Assembly: GCA_964509775.1 (NCBI GenBank)
Contig: CAZDYX010000001.1
Coordinates: 10,597 to 61,833, forward strand
Reading direction: 5' to 3'
DNA: 51,237 bases
DNA from: an uncultured Desulfobulbia bacterium
GTDB lineage: Bacteria > Desulfobacterota > Desulfobulbia > Desulfobulbales > CAZDYX01
Notes under the pieces: generated by a model
Told to the model about the DNA's origin: nothing
Database searches by the model: none
What the model saw: only the letters and a program-made list of their open reading frames with translations
Translations under genes and position numbers: made by a program
Part shown: piece after piece, positions 8,716-16,929 of the stretch
How the letters are laid out: the number at the start of each line of letters is the position of its first letter
Numbering within the stretch: the stretch's first letter is position 1

Positions 8716-11700
8716 ATGGCAATTTCCAATTACGAACGTGTCGGAAAGTCGATGGAACTACTCAAGGCAGGCTTGGCTCCCTTCGCCGAACGGGAAGTCT
8801 TCGCCAGGCTCCGCACCATTGACGCCCAAGCTATGATTGAAGACTTCGCATCAGCTGACAGGATGCTGGCCGGCAAGGAGATGGCTGACTGGGATGTCCA
8901 GGCGCTTTTAAACTTCCTGTGGACACGCTGGAATGAAGTATTCAGCAGGACTCTCGGCAATGCTGAGCGCAGCCTTGTCAGTGAACTCCGGGAGCATCGT
9001 AACAGATGGGCCCATCAGGCGAACTTCTCAAGCGATGACGCTTATCGTGCCCTGGACTCTGTCGGGCGCCTCCTTACCGCAGTCTCTGCCCAAGAAGCTG
9101 ATGAGCTCGAGAAAATGAAGAACGAGCTCTTGCGGCTCCGTTTCGACGAGCAGGTGCGCAACGAGCGTCGCAAGGGCCTTAGCTCTACCATTGAAAGCGC
9201 GGTAACCGGCACCTTAAAGCCCTGGCGCGAAGTCGTGACGCCACATCGCGATGTGGCTTCTGGGAAATACCAGCAGGCTGAATTCGCGGCTGATCTGTGG
9301 CAGGTCCATCTGGGCGAGGGCTCCGATGAATATCGGAATCCTGCCGAATTCTTCAGAAGAACCTATCTCACCAACAGCCTCAAGGGGCTTCTGGTGAGCG
9401 CGATCCGGCGACTCACGGGCTCAGGCGGGGATCCTGTCGTCCAGCTTCAGACCAACTTTGGCGGTGGCAAAACGCACTCCATGCTTGCCCTTTATCACCT
9501 TTTCTCCGGGGTGAGTCCCGTTGATCTCATCGGGGTAGACGAAGTGCTGAAAGAGGCTGCTGTCTCGAACGTACCGAAGGCCCGCCGCGTCGTGCTGGTT
9601 GGCAACAAGATCTCTCCGGGCAATCCTTCCACCAAGATCGACGGAACGGTCGTGCGCACACTCTGGGGAGAGCTTGCCTGGCAGCTTGGTGGCAAGAAAG
9701 CTTTCTCCCGCATCGAAGCCGATGATAAAAATGCAACGAGCCCCGGAGACGTCCTTCGTGAACTATTCAACGAGTACGGGCCTTGTCTCATCCTTATCGA
9801 TGAGTGGGTTGCGTACGCCCGTCAGCTCCACGACCAGGGTGATCTGCCGGCAGGTGACTTCGAAACGCATTTCAGCTTTGCCCAGGTACTCACGGAGTCC
9901 GCCAAGCTGGCTAAAAACTGCCTCCTCGTAATAAGCCTTCCGGCATCAGATGATTCAGGCTCCCCCCATACCCTCGCCGATGATGCCGAAGTCGGTGGAC
10001 AGCGCGGCCGGGAAGCCTTGGTTCGGTTGCGCAATGTCATCGGCCGTGTCGAGTCTTCGTGGCGGCCTGCGAGCGCAGAAGAAGGCTTCGAAATAGTCCG
10101 TAGGCGGCTTTTCGAGCCTCTGAACGATGCAGCCCACTTCAAGGATCGCGACATCATCGCCCGGGCTTTTTCCAGCTTCTACCAGAGCCAGCAACAGGAA
10201 TTCCCTCCAGAAAGCCGCGATGCAGATTACGAAAAGCGCATCAAGGCAGCCTATCCCATCCATCCTGAGATCTTCGACCGCCTCTATACCGACTGGTCCA
10301 CGCTGCTCAAATTCCAGCGTACGCGGGGCGTACTGCGCCTCATGGCTGCGGTCATCCATAGCCTCTGGGAAAAAGGCGACAAGAACCCGCTTATCATGCC
10401 CGCCAACATCGCCATCGATGATGCCCGAGTCCAATTCGAAATGACGCGTTATCTCTCCGACAACTGGGTGCCCATCATTGAGAAGGATGTGGACGGCCCC
10501 GGGTCCCTTCCCCTGCGCATCGACGCCGAAGTGCCAAACCTTGGCAAGTTTGCCGCTGCACGGCGCGTGGCGCGTACCATTTATCTCGGCTCCGCACCCA
10601 CCGCCGACGCAGCCCATCATGGTATCGAAGATCGCCGCATCAAGCTCGGCTGCGTCATGCCCGGCGAGTCGCCGGCAGTATTCGGCGATGCGCTCAGGCG
10701 CCTTTCAGGCGCTGCCACCTACCTGTACCAGGATGGTTCCCATTTCTGGTATTCTACCCAGCCGACGGTCACAAAGCTTGCAGAGGACAGGGCAGAGCAA
10801 CTCAAGCGTGAACCGGACAAGGTCATCCAGGAACTAGACAGCAGGCTGCGGATTGATCTCAAGCAGAAGGGTGACTTCGAACGCATCCATCCTTTCCCGC
10901 ATGGCGGTCAGGATGTCCCCGATGACAGGGATACGAGGCTTGTAGTCCTAAGTGTCGATCATCCGTACATCAGAGATTCGGACAACGCAGCCGAAGCCGA
11001 AGCTCGAAAGATTCTCGAATACCGCGGCACATCGCCACGGCTGTACCGTAACAACCTCGTGTTCCTCGCTGCCGACAAGAACCGCCTCCAGGATCTCGAT
11101 GAGGCAACCCGCAGATTCCTTGCATGGTCTTCTATCCTTGCGGAGAAGGATCAGCTGGACTTGAGTCCCTATCAGGTTAAGCAGGCGGAACAGCAGTTGA
11201 AGACTGCCGACACTACCGTAACAGTACGGCTGCCGGAGACCTATCAATGGATTCTTGTCCCCGGCCAGACTACCCCGCAGGCTCCTGTCGAGTGGCATGC
11301 GATCAAGGTTTCAGGGTCCGAGCCTCTCGCCGTCCGTGCCTGCAAGAAGCTAAAAAGCGAAGAGTTCCTCATCATCAATTTTGCGCCTACGAGATTGCGG
11401 ATGGAATTGGATCGCATTCCCCTTTGGCGCGGGAATGATGTGTCGGTGAAGCAGCTCTCAGAAGACTTCGCCCGGTACCTATACCTGCCAAGGCTCCTGA
11501 CATCCTACACCTTGGCAAAGAGCATCGGGGATGGATTAGGTCTTCTGATGTGGGAACAGGACTCCTTCGCCTGGGCTGATGAATGGGACCAGGCAGCGCG
11601 AAGGTATCGAGGCTTGCGTTCCGGTTCGAATTTGATCTGTCCTGACCCTGATTCGACTGGCCTTCTAGTTAAGCCTGAGGTTGCCCTGAAACAGATGGAA

Positions 11701-12240
11701 CAGGAAACAAAACCCGTCAGGATCGAACTCAGCCCCGAGCGGATCGAACTTTTACCATCCGCTACCATTCACTTCACCTTGAAGGGTTTTGACGCGGATG
11801 GACGCCCCGTTCAGGTATCGAAGGCTTCCTGGTCGGCGACTGGTGGCCAGATCGATGCATCCGGGCTTTTTACTGCAGGAGATGCGTTCGGGCAGTTCAC
11901 AGTCGATGTGGAAATCTTCGGACTGCATACTCGTTCGATCGTCTCGATCCATGATTTGGCACGACCGCCGATTCCGGAAAAACCCTTGATACCTGAGACT
12001 CCACGCCTCAAGCGATTCCACGGTACCGTAGTGCTCAATACCGAACGTGTCGGCCGGGATGCAGGACGCATCGCCGAGGAAATCATCTCACATCTTGCCA
12101 TCCAGGCAGGAGCAAAGATAACCGTCACTCTTGAGATAGATGCCGAATTACCATCCGGTGCCGGTGATTCTCTCATGAGAACAGTGACTGAAAATGCCCG
12201 TACCCTGCATTTTAGCAATCAGGGGTTTGAGAGGGAGTAG
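8716..12240 (+). CDS. Swt1-like HEPN + DUF499 (BrxC/PglY-like) P-loop ATPase with a C-terminal Ig-like (Big_2-type) segment, 1174 aa
   Basis: The N-terminal HEPN is SELREHRNRWAHQANFSSDDAYRALDSVGRLL (RNRWAH at nt 8998-9015). Walker A is NFGGGKTHS (GGGKT at nt 9460-9474) and Walker B is CLILIDEW, both typical of DUF499. Near the C-terminus, IELSPERIELLPSATIHFTLKGFDADGRPVQVSKASWSATGGQIDASGLFTAG resembles bacterial Ig-like Big_2 domains. Confidence 0.85.
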   Translation: MAISNYERVGKSMELLKAGLAPFAEREVFARLRTIDAQAMIEDFASADRMLAGKEMADWDVQALLNFLWTRWNEVFSRTLGNAERSLVSELREHRNRWAHQANFSSDDAYRALDSVGRLLTAVSAQEADELEKMKNELLRLRFDEQVRNERRKGLSSTIESAVTGTLKPWREVVTPHRDVASGKYQQAEFAADLWQVHLGEGSDEYRNPAEFFRRTYLTNSLKGLLVSAIRRLTGSGGDPVVQLQTNFGGGKTHSMLALYHLFSGVSPVDLIGVDEVLKEAAVSNVPKARRVVLVGNKISPGNPSTKIDGTVVRTLWGELAWQLGGKKAFSRIEADDKNATSPGDVLRELFNEYGPCLILIDEWVAYARQLHDQGDLPAGDFETHFSFAQVLTESAKLAKNCLLVISLPASDDSGSPHTLADDAEVGGQRGREALVRLRNVIGRVESSWRPASAEEGFEIVRRRLFEPLNDAAHFKDRDIIARAFSSFYQSQQQEFPPESRDADYEKRIKAAYPIHPEIFDRLYTDWSTLLKFQRTRGVLRLMAAVIHSLWEKGDKNPLIMPANIAIDDARVQFEMTRYLSDNWVPIIEKDVDGPGSLPLRIDAEVPNLGKFAAARRVARTIYLGSAPTADAAHHGIEDRRIKLGCVMPGESPAVFGDALRRLSGAATYLYQDGSHFWYSTQPTVTKLAEDRAEQLKREPDKVIQELDSRLRIDLKQKGDFERIHPFPHGGQDVPDDRDTRLVVLSVDHPYIRDSDNAAEAEARKILEYRGTSPRLYRNNLVFLAADKNRLQDLDEATRRFLAWSSILAEKDQLDLSPYQVKQAEQQLKTADTTVTVRLPETYQWILVPGQTTPQAPVEWHAIKVSGSEPLAVRACKKLKSEEFLIINFAPTRLRMELDRIPLWRGNDVSVKQLSEDFARYLYLPRLLTSYTLAKSIGDGLGLLMWEQDSFAWADEWDQAARRYRGLRSGSNLICPDPDSTGLLVKPEVALKQMEQETKPVRIELSPERIELLPSATIHFTLKGFDADGRPVQVSKASWSATGGQIDASGLFTAGDAFGQFTVDVEIFGLHTRSIVSIHDLARPPIPEKPLIPETPRLKRFHGTVVLNTERVGRDAGRIAEEIISHLAIQAGAKITVTLEIDAELPSGAGDSLMRTVTENARTLHFSNQGFERE

Positions 12241-12273
12241 GGATATAAGAGCGATATTGATAGGTTGTAAGCG

Positions 12274-12438
12274 TCCACTTCTCCCCGTTGTTCTGCAGCC
12301 GTCGGCGTGTTCCCGATTGAAGAATCGTGTATGCGCCTTGTCGTCATGTATTTGATGGAGTACGCTGAGGGCTGGTTGACCATCCGATGAAATTTAAGTC
12401 CGCTGACCATCGCGGAATCCTTGACCTCAGTTCGGTCG
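12274..12438 (+). mobile_element. C-terminal remnant of an IS256-family (mutator-type) transposase gene
   Basis: ..PRCSAAVGVFPIEESCMRLVVMYLMEYAEGWLTIR* matches the conserved IS256-family C-terminus (R..vvgiFPn..s..RLigalLmE..eeW...rYl). Only ~40 codons are present and the catalytic part is missing. Confidence 0.5.
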
Positions 12439-12519
12439 GCAGCCTGATAGGGTTTCCCTGATGGTCTTGCATTCCAAATTGCGAAAATCCTTGGACATGA
12501 TCGTAAAAAAGGTAGGATT

Positions 12520-12852
12520 ATGGTTGTTCAGATGGAATTAGAGAGGATTCTTTGGAAGTTCATCAAAGAGTATTCGTATATGTTCAACGACCCCTATATT
12601 CTGGAATACATTAAGAAAAATCGTGAAAGGTATGTTGAATATCCAGCCCATGTTCTTGGGGATTATCTCTTCAAAGATGAGGTCCAGGCAACAAAAATCA
12701 GAGATTATTTTTCTAGCTGGATACTGGATTACTTTGAACGGCAAGAAAATTTTTCTAGGCTCCTCGATCGCCTTGAAAAGAAAGACAAACCCTTTAATGA
12801 AAACGATTTTGAGATTCTTCCAGACACTTCGTTTTTAGATGAGGAAGACTAG
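12520..12852 (+). CDS. Hypothetical protein, 110 aa, AT-rich, acidic C-terminus
   Basis: The ORF has an upstream purine-rich RBS (AAAGGTAGG). I recognised no family. Its stop (TAG) overlaps the GTG of the next ORF by 1 nt. Confidence 0.45.
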   Translation: MVVQMELERILWKFIKEYSYMFNDPYILEYIKKNRERYVEYPAHVLGDYLFKDEVQATKIRDYFSSWILDYFERQENFSRLLDRLEKKDKPFNENDFEILPDTSFLDEED

Positions 12853-13136
12853 TGGAGAATAATGGCAAACCAACCCAAGAATACCTTCAAAAAAAGCTTG
12901 AAGCGAAGATAAATGAGCCAGTAATTTTCTTCGATGTTTTTACTGAAAAAGAAAAGCCATCGCAATGGACTATCTATAATTTCAACACGTCATATCTGAT
13001 AGAAAAAGAGAAATACACAGTGATCCTATTTATCCCAAAGAGCGATGAGTGCTTTCTCTGCTCTACACGTTTTGCCGTGTTCGAAGATGCCAAAGACGCC
13101 TATATATTAATCACTTCATGCAATGATGAAGGCTGA
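12852..13136 (+). CDS. Hypothetical protein, 94 aa, AT-rich
   Basis: It is coupled to the preceding ORF (TAGTG overlap). I recognised no family. An internal ATG at 12863 is an alternative start. Confidence 0.4.
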   Translation: MENNGKPTQEYLQKKLEAKINEPVIFFDVFTEKEKPSQWTIYNFNTSYLIEKEKYTVILFIPKSDECFLCSTRFAVFEDAKDAYILITSCNDEG

Positions 13137-13530
13137 CATTAGAACATGAGAACGCCTATGTTTTAAGTCAAGTATTATGAGCCCAAGGCGCAACTTCCCC
13201 AGATAGCCAGGATGATCACAGACCTAGTCTCGTCGGGGTACGAGGATAACGTTGACGTAAACAATCATTATGAGGGCTCCGCGCCGGCGACTATCGAACA
13301 GCTAAAAGGATTTACTCTCACATCCTCCTAAACAGACCAATGATAGTCAGATTCTTACGAGGGAAAGTCACACAAAAAGTCACACTTTTTAGCTTTTATC
13401 GCCTGATTCTCGATGATACGAAATGAGCTTGATAAGTCGGTTAAAACCAGATATCATAGTTACATAAACTCACGATTTGATTCGTCGTGAAATCGGATGA
13501 TTTGGGCAACGGTAAGCTTCCCAAGCTCGA

Positions 13531-13560
13531 GAAGCGGGTTCGACTCCCGTCGGTCGCTCT
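13531..13560 (+). other. tRNA/tmRNA 3'-end-like fragment (T-arm plus 3' acceptor strand); possible att-site remnant
   Basis: GCGGG-TTCGACT-CCCGT has the canonical T-stem/T-loop form (GTTCGAnTC), followed by the 7-nt strand CGGTCGC. No complementary 5' acceptor strand (GCGACCG) or D/anticodon arms occur in the 80 nt upstream, so this is not an intact tRNA. Confidence 0.35.
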
Positions 13561-13660
13561 AGCCCATTCCGCAGAAAAAATCCCGCTGTGCGCGAGCTAT
13601 TTAATTCGACACTGGAAATGCGTAACACCGGGATCCGCGCGTTACACGGAATAAAAAATA

Positions 13661-13700
13661 GGACATGATACCAGGATCCGCAGGATCAACAGGATCCGCT
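13661..13700 (-). repeat. Copy D of the dispersed AGGAT-9-mer intergenic repeat
   Basis: The + strand reads GATACC AGGATCCGC AGGATCAAC AGGATCCGC. The reverse complement matches copy A (45405-45439) at 27 of 35 positions in my hand alignment. Confidence 0.6.
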
Positions 13701-15450
13701 CAAACCCCGACGCCCGGCGGAGCCTGATTGAGGACCAGCCAATAGAGGCCTAGCTGCTGGGTGGCGGCGAGAAATTGCTCGAAGTCGACGAGCTTGCGTA
13801 TATAGCTGTTGGCGCCTAGCTCGTAGCTTGCAAGAACGTCCCTGTCCTCCTTAGAGGAGGTCATTATCACCACGGGCAATAATTTGATCTGCGGATTCCC
13901 CCTGATACCCTGCAGGACCTCAAGACCGCTCATCTTGGGCAGGTGGAGATCCAGCAACACAAGCTGGGGCATGTCTTCGGAGCAGTTCACTGAGTACCGT
14001 CCCGTCGACGTCAGGTATTCGACAGCCTCGGCCCCATCTCGCGCGACGACTATTTTATTTCCCATCTTGCCAGCCGCCCAGGTCTCACCGCGGTGGCGCT
14101 GCACGGCCCGCTTGATGCTCGCCAAGCCGATGCCGGTGCCCGGATACTCGTTCTAAGTGTGAAAGCGCTAGAAGGCGGTGAATAGCTCGTCCTTTAACCT
14201 GTGGTCGAATCCCGTGCCATTGTCCCGGACGAAGAACACCGTCCCCTTCCCACTGTCCTTGAACGAGTCGACGCTTACCATCGCCTCGCCTGACATGGAG
14301 GAGAATTCCCACGCGTTGTTCAAGAGGTTGCCAAAGACTATGCGCATGAGGCGCTGGTCGCAGACCGCGGCTTTCCCGGGTTCCACGGTCCACTGGACTT
14401 TGCGTCCCGGATTCTCCCTGGCCAGGTCTTCCATGACGCTCAAGACCATTCCGCTGATATCCGTGGATTGGAAGTCCATAGGCGAGCGGGTGATCTGGGA
14501 CAGAAAAAGCATGTCTTCTATGATCCGTCCCATGCGCTGCGCCGCATTCCTTATCCTCTCAAGGTAGGCACGCCCTTCTTCGGGGATCAGCTCGCCGCAG
14601 TCTTCGAGCTCCTTGTTCGCCAGGGGAAGCTCGACTGTCCTTTGTTCGATGCGCTGATCCATGGTGGCGTTGAGATCCTGCAATTGCTGCTTCAGCAGCT
14701 TCCTCTTCGATATGTCCGCCACGAATATGTTTAATGTCAACAGCCTTTCCATCCTCATAGACCAGCTGATCCATGCAGGACGCGGCGGCCATGTTCTCGA
14801 ACATTCCCCTAAATTTCGCTAATCCTGAGTTCCTGCTCCGTCCGTTTCCTCGCCGCTATGTCTTCGTCCAGGTCGGAGGAGAGTCTTTTGTTCATCATCA
14901 GGGAGAGGGAGAATGTGAGGGCGATAAAAAGCATCTGGTTAGCAAGGAGTAGTGCCGCGTCGAGGATTCCTGATTTCATGTAGTCGTTTCCGACCGAGCC
15001 CAAAAGGCTGTTGGCTATGCTGATGGCGCTGAAAAGGCAGAATAGTCAAAATACCGCTGCGGCGACCTTTGCCGTTTTGCGCAAGGAAGGCTCGGGCTTG
15101 GAAAGGAGCAGCCACGCGCACTGGGCGCAGATGAAGATCAACGCTGATGCTGTGTTTATGTTGCGCGCTGCCAATACGGGGCGGACAACAGAGAAATACG
15201 CAAGGATCAGCGTATAGATGGCGAGCATCGCCCAGTTATGTGCTTGCCGGCCTTTTATTCCAAGGAATTGTTCGAGGCCGATAAAGAGTATCATCGCACC
15301 TGCTATCGTAAGGGAGCTAGCGACCACCATGGAAAGGAAATCGGGTACCATTCCTCGCAGGCTTATGAGGAGTATGGACAAGAATTGCATTGTGAATTCG
15401 AGCGTCCATAATGCCAATCCGGAGAATTTCTGGCGGTTTTTCAACTGCAA
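13700..15450 (-). pseudogene. Decayed hybrid sensor histidine kinase (membrane sensor, PAS remnant, DHp lacking the H-box, HATPase, truncated receiver)
   Basis: The gene is split over at least 4 ORFs in different frames. These are a TM-rich N-terminus (15046-15450), ..ARKRTEQELRISEI (14809-15003), a PAS tail plus ..ADISKRK..ERTVEL..ANKELE running directly into ..EEGRAYLERIRNAAQRM (the SHDLRxPL H-box is deleted), and NLLNNAWEF..FVRDNGTGF. It then shifts frame to ..IGLASIKRAVQRHRGETWA fused to a receiver that lacks its first beta-strand and acidic pair (13700-14125). Confidence 0.7.
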
Positions 15451-15599
15451 TTCCTTGTTATAGAATATTTTTCAAGTGTTTACTTCTAGATGAACAAGGT
15501 TCATAGGTGCAAGAGAATTTTGGTAATGAAAAATTCATTTCTCGCTGACTTGTTGGGCATTCCTCTCAGGACTTTCCTCGCCGTTCTGGTCGGCATCGC

Positions 15600-15981
15600 A
15601 TTGTGGCCTGCTTTTGGCGGCGTCAATGTTGAGAAGATAGGCCTCTTATCGACAAATTGCAGGAATTTTTGCGTCTGGGGCGTAATATGCTTGTATTTGA
15701 ATCCGCGGACATGGGGGCGATGGCGGTTTCCGTGTTCGAGGACTTGGTTCCGGAGAATGACTGGGGGTGTTTTGATTTTTCCATCCGCGTCTATGCTGTT
15801 GCTATTGAGTGCGAATCCTGGTACAGGGTTGCGGACAAGTTGTTCGGTGTTTCCCAAGGGCTTCATGGTCAGAATGAGTTTCTGCACAGGCGTGGGTCTT
15901 GCGCTTGCTAAGAAGATTGTCCTACGCCATGGCGGCTCAATCTGGGGTGGTGTTCAGCTTGACGCTTCGCGCAATACTTGA
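15600..15981 (+). pseudogene. Fragmented remnant of a second histidine kinase (HATPase_c end)
   Basis: Pieces of kinase-like sequence sit in two frames (..LVFESADMGAMAVSVFEDL.. and ..GVGLALAKKIVLRHGGSIWG..). No H-box is present and no continuous ORF encodes a domain. Confidence 0.5.
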
Positions 15982-16004
15982 TTTAGTCATGCATGGGGTA
16001 GATC

Positions 16005-16865
16005 ATGTTTAATAATTCCATTAACTATGTATTTAGACATTCCAAAATTGCTTTTCTTACAAAGCATAAAAAAGAAGTTGAAGTTTTCCCATTGATAAAA
16101 AACTACTTAGGAACAGAAATTGTACTCTTCGACGGTTATGATACCGATGAATTAGGTACTTTTACAAGGGAAAAAAAGAGAAATCAATCCCAACTAGAAA
16201 CAGCACGATTAAAAGCGAAAAAAGCAATTGAAATAAGCGGATACCAGATTGGAATCGGTAGCGAAGGTAGTTTTACCACGGATCCATACATGGGAATAAT
16301 ACCGTGGAATATTGAAATGATAGTCCTATATGATAATAAAAACAAAATAGAAATAGTCGGTACTGAACAGAGACCATATAAAAGTTTACAGAAAAGTATT
16401 ACTACTAAAGAAGAACTAATTTCATTGGCCGAAGACATTGATTTCCCAAAAAACAACTTAATCCTTAGGCCAAATAATGAAAATGATTCGATTATTAAAA
16501 AAGATTTCTTAAGCTTGGATGATCTTTTTAAGGAATTTGATTTATTAATAAAAAAATCAATTACGGGAAAAGTTTTCGTTGAAAATGATCATAGAGCACA
16601 CCGTTCCGTTAGTAGAATGGAAGCAATTCGATATGCTACCATTGATTTGATCATTAAGTGCCACTCCTTCTGTCCCGAATGTAATGCTCCAGGGTTTTCT
16701 GTTAGTCGAGGTGAAGGTAGTTTACCATGTAAATACTGTGGTGAAGAATCAGAAACTTTTAAATACATAGTATATAAATGCAATAAATGCTCTTTTGAGA
16801 AAAGGATTGAAAGGACAGATATTACAAATGTTGATCCACAATATTGCAATTATTGTAATCCTTAA
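16005..16865 (+). CDS. Hypothetical protein, 286 aa, very AT-rich, with two C-terminal CxxC...CxxC zinc-ribbon motifs
   Basis: It is a clean ORF. The cysteine motifs are CPECNAPGF..CKYCG and YKCNKCSF..CNYCNP. It may belong to an uncharacterised DUF family, but I cannot confirm that. Its composition differs strongly from its neighbours. Confidence 0.6.
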   Translation: MFNNSINYVFRHSKIAFLTKHKKEVEVFPLIKNYLGTEIVLFDGYDTDELGTFTREKKRNQSQLETARLKAKKAIEISGYQIGIGSEGSFTTDPYMGIIPWNIEMIVLYDNKNKIEIVGTEQRPYKSLQKSITTKEELISLAEDIDFPKNNLILRPNNENDSIIKKDFLSLDDLFKEFDLLIKKSITGKVFVENDHRAHRSVSRMEAIRYATIDLIIKCHSFCPECNAPGFSVSRGEGSLPCKYCGEESETFKYIVYKCNKCSFEKRIERTDITNVDPQYCNYCNP

Positions 16866-16929
16866 CTGGCGTTGACACAAAGAATCGCCACATATCGCAA
16901 AGGAGTAGATGATGCTGGTTTTGGTCGCA

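Noticed and set aside
13480-13560. A possible intact tRNA gene.
   Set aside because: Only the T-arm and 3' acceptor strand are recognisable. There is no complementary 5' acceptor strand, D-arm or anticodon arm upstream, so I treat it as a fragment.
15490-15981. A 163-aa ORF as a real gene.
   Set aside because: Only its last ~25 residues look like protein (the HATPase end). The rest is out-of-frame kinase debris, so I classify it as a pseudogene fragment.
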